NCBI RefSeq assembly: GCF_009914755.1
Contig: NC_060926.1
Origin: the human T2T-CHM13v2.0 reference genome, Homo sapiens
DNA length: 64,000 nt
Direction: 5' to 3' (one strand)
The notes under the pieces were generated by a model. It was not told where the DNA came from and did no database searches. It saw nothing but the letters and a program-made list of their open reading frames with translations. Of this stretch, positions 1 through 13,417 are shown piece by piece (position 1 is the first letter of the stretch; each line of letters begins with the position of its first letter). The position numbers and the translations under genes were made by a program.

Positions 1-384
1 TCACTTCTGTCTCTTACTCATGATACAATTCATTGAGATTAGAATCAGCTTTTGTACACAAAAGCTCTGGGCACTCTTTTATACTCTTTTTGTCACTCAT
101 TTAAAAGTAATCTTTTGTAAAGAATGTCACTCATTCTCTTCTAATACAAAGTGAAGCACAGTTACAATGCATTTTAAACAAAATTAATATGGACTCAATA
201 AAACACCATTAAGCATTAATTTCCTCTAGAATGAAGACAAAAGTTGGATAATATCTACATGTTGTAAATGTGTGCATTCCAGCAAATATAAAACTATAAG
301 TAGAATCAGAAAATTAACATATATCTATTCAAAAAGTGAAAGGAAAGGAAAAAAGTGACAAATACTGTATTATTTCATTCTATG

Positions 385-530
385 TTTAATCCATTTTACA
401 CACAGGAAAACTGAGGCTTGAACAGGTAATTTTCTAAAGGTCACACAGCTAGTAAGTGGTAAACCTAGGACCTGAATCTAAGCTTATCAGACATATAAAA
501 TCTACTCTGTTCTCTTCACCACATTGCCTA
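385..530 (-). mobile_element. MIR SINE fragment
   Basis: ttttaca...gaaaactgaggct...aaggtcacacagctagtaagtgg core. Confidence 0.75.
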
Positions 531-729
531 TCAGACTCTCAGAAATTATATATGTGTCAAACAGTAATTTCAAGTGCAATTTGAATATTTAATAGCAATT
601 TTCTTATTTTATACACACAAACCCATGCACATAAATATACATAAATCAATTAATAAAAGGAAATTAAACACTCAAAGTCCAATCACTAAAGCCACTGGTC
701 TTCTTCTCAGGCCTTAGGCTTATCTTGCC

Positions 730-1200
730 TAAACATGTCACGCTGTTGACTACCACTTCAAAGTTCTTCTCCCTTGGCTTCTGTAACACTACACAGCTTT
801 AGTTCTCTTTTCACCATGCTGATTGCCCTTTTCTGACCTTCCTTCCTCCTCCAGACCCCTTAAATGTTAGCAAGCTTAACATTTAGTTCTCAGATTTTTG
901 TTACTTCATTCTACCACTCACAAAGAGACCATTCATGGAGTTCCAACTATGCACTCTGCAGATGTCTCCCAAATCTCTATCCCTAGCTGTGACCTCTCTT
1001 TCTGAGTTTTAGTTTTGTATTTTGAATTGCCTGAAGAAGATTTCCACTTGAATAGCTTATAGTTCCATAACAGTAATGTTACCTCAACCTTCCTAAAACA
1101 ACCATAAACATGCCACTTCCCTGCTCTAACTGGTCTCGGTAATCCAAGCGTTAAAATCTGTTGTTGAAATCTCTTGGCAATCTACCACTAATTTTCTCCA
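730..1200 (+). mobile_element. L2 LINE fragment
   Basis: ttctcccttggcttctgtaacactaca, gcagatgtctcccaaatctctat, atttccacttgaat motifs. Confidence 0.6.
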
Positions 1201-1742
1201 GCTCCTCCATGCATCTTCTCCTGAATACTATGCACTGCTATGATTCCTAATAAACTCTGACAATACTTAATATCTATTTAAATCCATTTATATTTAGTTG
1301 CAGATTGAAAGGTTTCAGGTATTGTCTTGCCTCTTAATTAAACACTCCTGAAGACAGAAACTACCTCTTATATTCCCTTTATGTCCTAATACATTCCCCA
1401 CAAGCCTTGCCTGAGTCAGAAGAGAGGACAAGCTACTAATGCAGGTTGATAAATAACCATTGACTAGCAGTATACCACACTAACAGCAGTCAGGACTCAG
1501 TCTAAATCTTGCCTCCATCATTACTATCACATTAAACAAGTTGACTCAGCTTATTCTGCAATACTGTTATAGAAAACAAATGAGATAGTGTGTAGAAAGT
1601 ATAGAGGACAGGGTCTGGAAAATAACTACCATTTGTTAAGTAGTTACTATTATTGTGTGGATAATTTTTGCTACAGTTGTCAAATTCTACAATTAGGGGA
1701 GTGTCTTCATAGCATGTCTATTATTATTTAGGAAACCTAAAA

Positions 1743-1849
1743 GCATTTCATGCCTGTTTCACAGAATAGTTACATTAGCAATAACTATTCTATTGAATAA
1801 CTATTCAATTTGCTAAAATAACTATTCTCTGAAACAGGCAATGAAATGC
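1743..1849. repeat. Long imperfect inverted repeat (about 39-bp arms) with internal palindrome
   Basis: 1743-1781 is the reverse complement of 1810-1849 with 3 mismatches and 1 gap. Confidence 0.92.
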
Positions 1850-1977
1850 CTATTTATTTAATTTATTCATCTGACCTTTCATTATTGCTATCCTAAATTT
1901 AGTTCTTTTGTATAGTATCCCTGTTTATTATCTCCAACAAGTGTTTTTTAAAAAAGGATAATATGTCAAATAACTCA

Positions 1978-2181
<204 letters not shown>

Positions 2182-2336
2182 CTACAAAATTTATATTAGT
2201 TTATAATCTGTCTGGTAAATAAAACTGTTGAATTATTTTGAAATGTACATTTTTTTTTACTACAAAGAAAAGCTTATTCTACTTGATTTACAATGAGAAA
2301 AAAAAATCATGTAGCATTTATTTGTAAATAGATTTA

Positions 2337-2558
<222 letters not shown>

Positions 2559-3074
2559 TCATTAGAGTATAATTTACTTCATATAAAGTACATTTTAAAT
2601 ATAAATAAAAAATGCCTCAGGGTATAATTCCCTATAGAGGCTGTATGGCCAACTAGATGATCTACTAAATAATACAGTTTGGGCTAGGCTGGTCACAGTG
2701 TCTACATAGGCAAATCTAGAAAAATGCATATTTCTTGTAGCTTTTCTATTGTTTGGGGGACCAAAACCTTAGAGGAACAGCCCCTACCTAGGTAATCTAG
2801 ACTTTCAACTGTGAAGTTCAGGAATACCGATTTAATTGCACAGGACAAGTTCACTGTCGGTCTCTGAGAACCCCTCTCCTACATACTGTTGCTAGGAAGG
2901 GTGTGGGAACAGTACAATTGACAAATAATGTATGGGATGGACAATAAGAAATTTTTCTCCAGTCTCTCTTTGATATGTACATGTAGCTAACATACCATAT
3001 GCTAGCTTACCATACTAGAACCTTAGCATATTAGTCCCCATATTTTAATCCTGTTTCACCTTCTTCTAAAAAAA

Positions 3075-3118
3075 ATTCATTCATTCATTCATTCATTCAT
3101 TCATTCATTCATTCATTC
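3075..3118 (+). repeat. (ATTC)11 microsatellite
   Basis: direct read. Confidence 0.95.
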
Positions 3119-3829
3119 CTTTGATCTCAGGTATAATTTCCTGGCAGGTTCCTAGAAAGCCTTCTTCCAATTCTATCTAGTTCTCTCTTATCAGTAACAA
3201 ACTAAGCTTTGAGAATAATTTAATAAATCTTTTTTAGGATTGCAAAAATAATGTATAGACACTACAGAAAATAAGGAAAATATATATAAAAAGTATGAAG
3301 AAAAAAAAATCACCATATTTCCAGCTAAAGATTAGCACATTTTGGTGTGCTTTCTTTCATATATTTGAAAACCAACCTATATATAAATGTAAGCAAAGAT
3401 ATTTCTTTGTTTACATTCATACAAAATAGATGTTTATTTAAATATATACAAAACTGGAGTCACATTGGGGTTTTGATTTTGATCGGTTTTGATTGGTTTT
3501 AATGTTGATTTTGATGAACATTAAACAGTTAACATTTCCCAACTGTCATTAAACAATCTTCTAAAACGTGATTTTTAATGGTTGCATAAGGGCCTACTTA
3601 CTGATGATTCACATTATTTATTTCTTTATAGTGGTGTCTTTTAGATGTTTGTGTGCTCAAGTTTCAGTTAGTACAGGACTAGGGATTTGTAGGGGACTTG
3701 TAAAAACCCTTAAATAAGCTATTCTGAACATGTTCTTAGGTTGAATTTCTACAATTAAAACACACAAACAAAAAAGCTTGTTTTAAAGCTATTTATCCTT
3801 GACTCTATTTTGCTATTTGAAAAGAGATG

Positions 3830-4412
3830 ACACCATGTAATTCAGCAACTTTCCTGAGTATATACCCAAAAGATTAAAAGCAGAGACTCAAACAGGTATT
3901 CATACACCAACATTCATAGCAGCAACCTTCACAATAGACAGAAAAAGTGGAAAGAGCCCACATGTCCATTGTGTTTGAATAGATAATCAAAATGTAGTAT
4001 GTACATATAAAGGAATATTGTATATTGTATGTCTGCCATAAAAAAAGAAAATTTTGACATACACTACAACATGGATGAACTGTGAAGACATTATACCAAG
4101 TGAAATATGCCAGACACAAAAGGAAAAATGCTGTGTGATACAGCTTACAGAGGTGCCTAGAATAAATTCATCAACATAGAAAGTAGAATGATGGTTGCCA
4201 GGGGCTCCGGGAAGAGGAATGAGGAACGAGGAACTGGTGTACAGACTTCAGTTTGGAATGGCAAAAACGCAAAACGTTGATGGATAACGGTGATGACTTA
4301 CACAACAATGCGAATGCATTTAATGCCACTGAACAGTACACTTAAAAATGGTTAAGATGATGAATTTTGTGTTATATATGTTTCACCACAATACAAAATA
4401 TTCTTTAAAAAA
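3830..4412 (+). mobile_element. L1 3' end (L1MB-like)
   Basis: atatacccaaaaga..ttcatagcagca..acaacatggatgaac..cacttaaaaatggttaagatg..aattttgtgttat. Confidence 0.85.
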
Positions 4413-6085
4413 AACTTTTGGAAATACTGTATCTACTTAATTACAGGATGTCAAACTAATACAGGCTGATAGTATCATTTGTCCCCTTGACACACAATCT
4501 TGGGTCCAGAGATTTTGTTCACCACACCTTTTAGCATCACTAAAAAGGGCACAATAAGAATATGGTTTCAGAAAAAGACAATTCAAATATTGGTCTTGTC
4601 CTTTAGCTATGTGAATTCAATCAAATTACTCAAATTCTTTGAGTCCAATATACTTATTTTCTTAAAATAGGATTATAATATTGACTGTAGGAGTGCTACA
4701 GAAATAAAGGCATGAAAAATATTTATAAATTACAAATGTTATTAATAATATTTATACTTCCAAAAATGTTGACAAGAAATAGAGTAACTACCCCATAATA
4801 AAGCCACAGCATCTGGAAGCTATATTGGATTAAGCAAGAACTAAAGGTTAAAATTTCGGATTAAATTTTTTTTGCATGATACTGCTAGTATTATCAACAT
4901 TGGGAAGGCAATTTCTTGAATATTTCTTATATACTATTGAAATGTATTCATTATTAGTTCAAGTTATAATTACCAGTGACAGATTAAATTACATTCACTT
5001 GTCTTTGGTTAACCATGACATTTGACAGAAGGCAAATTTCTGCACTTAAGAAATGTATTAAAAACTAAAATGTATATTACCTTCTAAAAAACTTAGCTGG
5101 TCCATCTTTATTGATGAATAGTAGGAAGATATCAAAATAGTTATAGGGTGATGAGATGTGGCAAGCATGCAGTGCTATGGTATGGTATTACAAAGCACAG
5201 GATTCTTAACTTTGCCTGGAGGAGTTGGGAAATTTCACATAGGAGTTGACCTTTGAGCAGCCTCAAGGATAGGAGGAAGATCTTACTAGACGGACAAAGG
5301 CATTCCAAGTAGCAGAAGGCATGCGCCAAGAGGGAAGCAGAGAACAGTGTGGGGAGTGTTGGTAACTTTGATATTATTAAAGCGGAGGAAGAAGGATAAG
5401 AAATATAAATGGCCAAATAATTTGCGGCCATATTATTATTAAAATAATGCTATGATTTTAGACTTTATCCTGAAGCACTAACTTAAATTTTAAGCAAAGG
5501 GTAGGTTTTGATTTTTAGAACTGATATGCTAGTCCTATGATGACCTGGAGCAGCCAGAACCTAGAAGCTGGAAGATGAGTTGGGAATCTGCACTAGTTCA
5601 GATGAGAGGTGATAAGGGTCTTCATTAGAGCAGTGGGTTAGGATACGACAGACTGGATGTGTTAGCTAGCTATCAAGCAAACAGAGCTGAGGAGACATGT
5701 TAACCAATTAGTATGAAGGAAGGGGAAAGCTCAAGGCGATCTGGAGATTCTGAGAGAGAAAAGGGGCAATCTGTCGTGAGAGCAGTAATTAGATCTAGAA
5801 GAGGAATTTTTCAACTACTTAAATTAGGTCAAATTTGTACGGTACATTTCTGAAATAAGCTAAAATAGAGCCTTAATCTAAAGTACAAGATGAGTTACTG
5901 AGGATAACCAATAATGTACACATAAAATGAACGGAGATGCATGTTTTAGAGTAATTCCAACAAAATAGATCTGTGGATAAGTATGTAAGGTACTAGTAAG
6001 AATAAAGCATACAACACAAGATTAAAAACTCTTAAGATTAAAAATATCACATAGACAATAAAAATTTACTTAAAATTTTGTGGTT

Positions 6086-6188
6086 GTTTTTGAGACCAAG
6101 TCTCACTCTGTCACCGAGGCTGGAGTGCAGTGGTGTGATCTTGGCTCACGGCAACCTCCACCTCCCAGGTTCAAGCGATTCTCCTGCT
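6086..6188 (-). mobile_element. 5'-truncated Alu (about 100 bp of right arm)
   Basis: tttttgagac..tctcactctgtcacc..ggttcaagcgattctcctgc then abrupt end. Confidence 0.9.
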
Positions 6189-6415
6189 GTGTTTTTAATT
6201 GACTTGGTGTTTTACAGTCATTCACTGATCCATTCAACCAATAAACATCTATGTTGCCACATCCATGTGTGTGGCATTTTGTCTGATATTGGGAATATGG
6301 TGTGATCCCTGAACTCGAGGAGTCTACAGTGTAATAAAGAACACAAATATGCACATAAATATTTTTAGTAAAATACTATAAGTAATAAAGACGTATGGAC
6401 AAAGTAACCGAGGAT

Positions 6416-6526
6416 TAGGGTTACCAACTCATCCCAGTTTGCCTGTGACTTTCTGTTAGCATGGGAAGTCCTGCATCCAGGAAAACCCTTTGCTCCGAGG
6501 CAAATCTAGGATGGTTGGTCATGCTA
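6416..6526 (+). mobile_element. MER81 (hAT-Blackjack MITE)
   Basis: tagggttaccaac..tcccagtttgcc...ggcaaat..ggatggttggtcatgcta terminal inverted repeats, about 110 bp. Confidence 0.8.
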
Positions 6527-6891
6527 CCCAGCACCACATAAGACATTTTTTAATGTAGGTGGTGGTAGTGGGATGCAGATTTACTTTTTTATTTTCCCCC
6601 AAGAGGGATATATTTTAGATTATGTGTTTGGAAAGAGAAAAGGGATAAGGAAGCTAAAGTTCATTTTAGGCAAAAGGAAAAAACCCAAGCAAAGACTTGG
6701 AAGCATGGTTGTATGTCATTTGGTGTTGCTGGAGTACAAGATCCTTATATTGCATTTATAAAAAATTGCTTTTATATTTGTTTACAAACAGTCCAAAGCA
6801 GCCAGTCTACTAAGCCAATTTTTTTGGGAAAAAGGCTGCTGCCAAGCAACAGAAACTTACGTGAAACAAAACCCACAAGACACATGAAGAC

Positions 6892-6951
6892 TTCTTCAAA
6901 TCTTAGAAAACTATAATGTGTGAGATTCTTCAAATCTTAGAAAACTATAAT
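6892..6951 (+). repeat. 26-bp direct duplication TTCTTCAAATCTTAGAAAACTATAAT, 8-bp spacer
   Basis: copies at 6892-6917 and 6926-6951, identical. Confidence 0.93.
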
Positions 6952-8259
6952 ACTTTTAATGACTTAAAAATATTCACAGTGGAAGAAGTCTGTTTTTTAA
7001 AGAAATAAAGTTAGATCATTGTCTCAAAGGGAAAGACTGTGAAATGGGAACAGCTTGAGATAGAATGAATATATTATGTATATTACTTTTAAATGGTAGT
7101 TTAGAGAAGAGGAATAAGAGAAAACAGTGTGGAACACAAGATAGAAATGGCAGGGAAAAAAACGATACAGGCCTGAAGAAAATAAAAGTAGGTTTGGGCA
7201 ATGTGGGTGGCAAGATGAGCCCATATTTTGGACCCAGAGTGAGTGGAAGAGGTGAGATGGTCAAGTAGTTCACAGCATTCTTTTAAATAACATCTGAGTA
7301 TACTCTGGAATAGACAGGGCAAAAAACAAATGAAATTGCCTGTGGTAGTCCCCATATTAAATAAATTTAATTTATTTAATTAAAAAACTCAAAGAGTAAA
7401 AATAATAAAGAGAAAGTGTTGATATTACTGTAAAAAACAGACCATATTTTCTCCTTTCAATTTTTGTGCTCGCTGGGGATATTTTATTTTTAAATACAAA
7501 CTGATGTTCTCTAAATTCAAACATCTTTTTATTAAAAGCGTTACTAGAGGTAGCCTGCAGAGCATATCTAGTTCTTTGAGTTGCCCTGCTTGAAGGATTG
7601 CCACCTCTGTGTCTCTGAGGCTCTAACCAGGCAGCTCTGACTGCCTAGGGCATCAGCCTGAGATGAAGGTGGTGGGGTTTAGAAGAACTGAAACACAGCT
7701 CTAGGACTTCCTCTGCCATTTCAAACTCTTTTTAGTAACACAGGTAGTAACATACAGTCATGTATTAGTCAAACAGTTCCCACCTCTTTCTTTTTCTCTT
7801 TCCTCTCCTCCCTCCATCCCTGCTTCCCTTTCTTCCTTTTCTCCCTCACTCTTCTTTCCATCTAGTATTTGTTGAGTACTAACTAGGCCAGATATTCTTC
7901 TAAATTCTGGAAACACAGCAGTGAAGGACAACGTTTCTGGTCACTTGATGCTTCCATTCTATGATTTGTAGTTTTTTGCTTTTGTTTCACAAGGGCTACA
8001 CAAAACCCAAAAATCCTAAAGCCAAACCCCAAAAACTCAACTGAACAGAAAACAGGATAAGGGACAGAGAGCAAGAAGTGGTGCTACTTGATGTAGGCCA
8101 GTGAGGGAGGGGCATTCTAAGGAAGAAGCAGCACCAGAGCAAAGGCACAAAAGAAAATGAGGCAGCAGCCAGATAGACCTGTGGGAGCAGCATATTCCGG
8201 GAAGTAGAAACAGCAAACAAAAAGGCTCAAGGCTGTAATTGGCTTGGGCTTTTGCCTAC

Positions 8260-8740
8260 CTAGTTTCTGTTGTCCCTTTCTTCTTTACTATCAGAATTCT
8301 GATTTTATTCTACAGGGTATTAGATTCAGCTAAAAGATAACATTTCCCACCTTCTTTTGCAGCCACGGAGGTGATACTACTAAGGGTTTTTTTGTTTGTT
8401 TGTTTGTTTTGTTTTTAATAAAACGATGATTTGCTGGTTGGGAAGCCCTTTTGCCCAGCTCTGCACCCACCTTCCCCACCTGGGCCCTGGAACATCAATG
8501 CCCAGCACTGCGGTGGTCATCTTGAACCATGAGGTGATGCTCAGGCAAGTCAGGGTAACAACGTAGAACAAAAAGAGAGAAGGCTCTGGTTTCCTGATGA
8601 TACTGTGGAACCGCCACACCAGTCCCTACACAGTGTACTTTTCATTTCTTTTACAGAGAGAAAACTAAAAACCGTGATTTTTAGCCTAGAATTTTCAGGG
8701 GTATCTCTGCCATTTTCAATGAAAGTATTTCTAAATTCTT
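8260..8740 (+). mobile_element. MaLR LTR (MLT1J/K-like)
   Basis: cagctaaaaga..acatttcccac..ttgcagc; catcttgaaccatgagg; tttcctgatgatactgtggaaccgccacaccag. Confidence 0.65.
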
Positions 8741-8779
8741 CATAGGCTAGGGATGGAAACACAGATGAGTTATGACGAC

Positions 8780-9600
8780 GCTGCAATAATCTATGTGGAA
8801 GATGGCAATGCCTTAGACCAGGGTGGCACTAACAGAGGTGGTAAAAAGTGATGGCATTCTAGGTATACTTTGAATGTAGCACTAACAAGGATTTGCTGAT
8901 AGACTGGAGGTGATATATGAGAGAAAGATGAGACAAAGGTTAACTGTGAGGTCTGGGCCGGCACAACAGTGAGCAGTGATGCCAGTCACTGAGGTGAGAG
9001 GTGGGGGTGGAGCAAACTTAGAGGCGAGGGAAAGTTCAGGTGTTCTATTTTGGACATGTTAAGCTTGAGTTACTCCTAGACATCTGAGTGGGAATGCAAA
9101 GAGGCAGAGGTGTACATGAGTAAGGGCTGCAGATAAATGTTTAGGACACATCTGCACATACATGGGATATAAAGCCACGCACCTGGACAAAGTCACCTAG
9201 GGGGTGAATATATAAAAAGAAAGGGAGTTCAGGAACTGAAGCTACGAGTGTTCTAATATTTAAACGTCATACAGAGAAGAGAACTCCAAAAAAGGAAACT
9301 CAAACAGCAGGCAATGGGGCAAAAGAAGAACTGAGTGAGTTTAGGATCTCAGAGACAAATGAAGAAAGTCTTTCATTGTGGAAGGGAATAAACTGTGCCA
9401 AATATGATGACAGGTCAAGTCGGCAGAGAACTGAGAACTGAATCTGACCTGGCAGTATGGGGGTCACCGACCACATTGCAGAAGTGACTTCCCTAGGGTG
9501 CAGCAGTGGATGAGACAAAGTGAACACAGCATGTTTGAAAATCCTTCACGGAAAATTTGTTGTCGAGAAGAACTGAGGAAGGGCATAGTAATTGGGAGGG
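8780..9600 (-). mobile_element. L2 LINE fragment
   Basis: aggatttgctgatagactgga; ttttggacatgttaagcttgag..agacatctgagtgg; gagaactgagaactga. Confidence 0.8.
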
Positions 9601-10192
9601 GATGAGAGTTAAGAGTTGATTTTTATTGACTGATTTATTTACAGCAGGAAGATGTCACAGCACAGTTCCATGCTGATTAGAAAAAAAATGATAATTCAAG
9701 AGAGAGAACTGTAAGAGTGAAGCCCTTTTTTAGGTGAGAAGCTGGCCACAGGCGGGATCACAGGCCTGGGGAGGACAAAGGCTGAGGGGTGGGTAAATTT
9801 GGTGACAAAGAATGGAGAAGTTCTCTTCCAGGTACAAATATTCTCTTAGTGAAGTAGGTGGCAAGGCTTTTAACTGTGGGCAAGAAATGGGGCAAGGGTG
9901 ATGGAGGTTTGAGGAGACAGGAGAAAGTGGGAAAAGTAGTTCGAATCAATGAATTCATTTTTGGAATACAGTAGGATTACCAGGTTTGTGCTCATAATTT
10001 AAAGTGAGACCAGTCAACAGTGTTGCAATTTCCTTATAGCCATTTCAGCTACTCAAGCCCATGTGTGGAATAAACAGACAGTCTGATTCAACTAGGGACG
10101 GAGTTTGCCCGAGGGCATAACCACTAAACAGAAGAAAAAAGGAGAAAGGGAGGGGTGACTGCACTCAAAAAATACAATAAGTAGGTATTTAC

Positions 10193-10274
10193 CTGGCTTA
10201 CGTTCTAAAAGCTGCTGTAAATGAAACACTGCTTGTTCATAGTCTTGTTTTCTGAACATGAGATCAGCCATCAT
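10193..10274 (-). CDS. TTC21B: TTC21B exon 22 (82 nt, [12 protein letters not shown]...ERKP/D)
   Basis: atag|ATGATG acceptor, CAG|gtaaat donor; ORF 10092..10274. Confidence 0.96.
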
Positions 10275-11225
10275 CTATAAAGATAAAAGTTGGTTCTAAA
10301 AATATTGCCATGTATTTTACACAACATGTTCTTCCAATCAAGATTTAGCACTAGAAAAATATAGATGATAAACATGAGGAGGGGGCAGCATTTTATAAAA
10401 AGGAGGCATTTAAGATTCAAGCCCACCTTGTGCAGAATAACTTGCAGATCAGTGTAACAGAAGATAATCAAGGATGTGAAACAGATTGCTCTGCTTGCAA
10501 AATTGTATTTTTAGCAAAAAATATGTTTCTAGCAATTGTTTTAAAAACAGAAATTTGAAAGGAATTGCACACTCTATGTGCTGTTGTAGAAAAGATACTC
10601 ACTGGACCTGACTAAAATAATAATGAGACGATTCAAAAATGAAACAAAATTTAAATCATAACTATTTTGAAAAATTAAAAATGAGCAAGACCTACTGACA
10701 TTTTTCTTATTATGTGTTTAAAAATGCAGATTTCATATATTTCTTTTTAACCACAATAACCTTAAATAAACCTCACAAAATGTCATCTGTGTAGCTGTCT
10801 GCAAAGCTAACAAATATTTTAGCCCACGTAAAAATAAGAAAAAATAAAAAACTCTATTCAAAACAGACTGTCTTAGACTGATAATATGAAGTTGTTTTTT
10901 TTCCCCTGTAACTCCAAAAATTCCACCCAAACTCTTAAATTTGTCCAGCATTCCTAAGTACTTAAAAGTTAGTTCTTAGCAAATTATAGTGTTACCACAT
11001 GAACTCCACCTGACCAAGCATCCCCTTAGGCATAAATAAAAAATAACTAGACCCAAAAGGGCATGTAAAAGCCTGACCTAGGTTTATCTTTCTTATAAAT
11101 AAAATCCTAATGATTCTGGGTCTTTATTGGTAAAATGTAGTAATGTTAGAAAAATGTTATTTCTTCCAAAAGCCAACGTGAGCCATGCCTCATCATCTAG
11201 TAGTAGTTCCATGGGGTAAAATTTA

Positions 11226-11402
<177 letters not shown>

Positions 11403-12400
11403 CTAGATTCATCAGACACTGTATAGAATAAAAAGTCAATGAGGAAAATACGTGGGTACAGATTAAACTTTAGTTGACCAAAAGTCATTGCAATAAAATG
11501 CCAAGTATAATAGACAAAAAAAAAAAAAAAACAACAGTATGTATACCCATCTCTATTTTCTCTTACACTAGAAAAAAAAAAAACAGAGAAACAGGTAGTA
11601 ACTCACTTCAAAAGTAGAGAGACATAATGCATTGTGAAAAGAACACTGGTCTTAAAACCATGAGACTGGATTATAGTCCCATAACGGGGCCAAGTCAGGT
11701 CCCTTCTACCTCCCTTAACCTGCTTTCTCATTTGTAAAATAAAAAGCTTCAAGCAGATAATCTCTAAGGTATGCCTCAGATTTAAAAGTAGGATTCCAAC
11801 TCCTTTAGCCACCACTGAAAAAGGTATCTGTTTGGTTATGCCTTGCTAAAGGTTGTTTTTGCCGTTTATCTGAAAAAATTATATTAATAAAAATGTTCAA
11901 ACTAGTTATTAAATTCTAGAGGATAGTTGTCTTTTGTACATGATCACTTACTTAAGTGTTTAGCCATTAATTATTTTCAGAAATTAATAATCTCTCCAAA
12001 TCCTCTCAGATCTTGACAGAGTAAAAACTTTTTATATAATCAGTCATGTATGTAAATGTGCTACACCAAAATTATCTTTACATTTATTCTCCCACTGTGC
12101 TATATGAGGTCATAGATTGAGCCTAGCCATTTTTGCATCCTTAGTACTAAACACCAATTGAAATACAGAGTGTACAACAGCTGTTTAGTAAAAGGAACTG
12201 AATTATCTAAATCCAGGTATTTGTGATTGAGAAATTATTTTAAATTATTTTAAAATTAATTTTTGATAAACTAAATTGATACAATAAATTTGAAAATTAT
12301 TTAAATTATTTTGATAATTAAAAACATAAATATTAAAACAATTTGCAGGTTGCTTTATATTACGTGTTCCATTATAGTTTTTAAATAATTGTAATGTTCT

Positions 12401-12708
12401 TTTTTCTTTTCTTTTTTTTTTTTTTTGAGACAGGGTATTGCTTTGTTACCCAGGCTGTAGTACAGTGGCATCATCATGGTTAACTGCAGCCTTGACCTTC
12501 TGGGCTCAGGTGATCCTCCTGCCTCAGCACCCCAAGGAGCTGGGACTACAGGTATATGCCACCATGCCTGGCTAATTTTAGTATTTTTTAGTAGACTGGG
12601 GTTTACCCATGCTGCCTAGGCTGGTCTTGAACTTCTGGACTCAAGTGATCTGCCTGCCTTGGCCTCTCAAAGTGCTGGGATTACAGGCATGAGCCATTGC
12701 ATCCAGCC
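12401..12708 (-). mobile_element. AluJ
   Basis: full dimer, cagccttgaccttctgggctcaggtgatcc J-type diagnostics. Confidence 0.92.
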
Positions 12709-12824
12709 TTAAACTCTAATATTCTTAATGTAAGGCATCATGTAAGATTTTGAAAGTTTTTGAGGAATAATATTAATCTTTTAACTTGTATTTTTGTTAC
12801 ATTTCTTTTAAAATCTTGTTTCTA

Positions 12825-13129
12825 TTTTTTTATTTTATTTTTTGAGATGGAGTCCCGCTCTGTTGCCCAGGCTGGAGTGCAGTGGCGCGATCTTGGGTCA
12901 CTGCAACCTCTCCGCCTCCCAGGTTCAAGCGATTCTCCTGCCTTAGCCTCCCAAGTAGCTGGGATTACAGGAGGCGCCCCCCACCACGCTGGCTAATTTT
13001 TGTATTTTCAGTAAAGACAAGGTTTCCCCATGTTGGTCAGGCTGGTCTCAAACTCCTGACCTCAGATGATCCACATGCCTTGGCCTCCCAAAGGGCTGGG
13101 ATTATAGGCATCAGCCACTGCACCCTGCC
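12825..13129 (-). mobile_element. AluS (Sx-like)
   Basis: full dimer, degenerate TSD tacat(c)ttcttttaaaat; ends 100 bp from exon 20 donor. Confidence 0.93.
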
Positions 13130-13207
13130 TACATCTTCTTTTAAAATAAGCTGGTAAAAATTTTACATCTGAGGAAATTAGAAGACATCTGGAATAAAAG
13201 GTATTTA

Positions 13208-13417
<210 letters not shown>

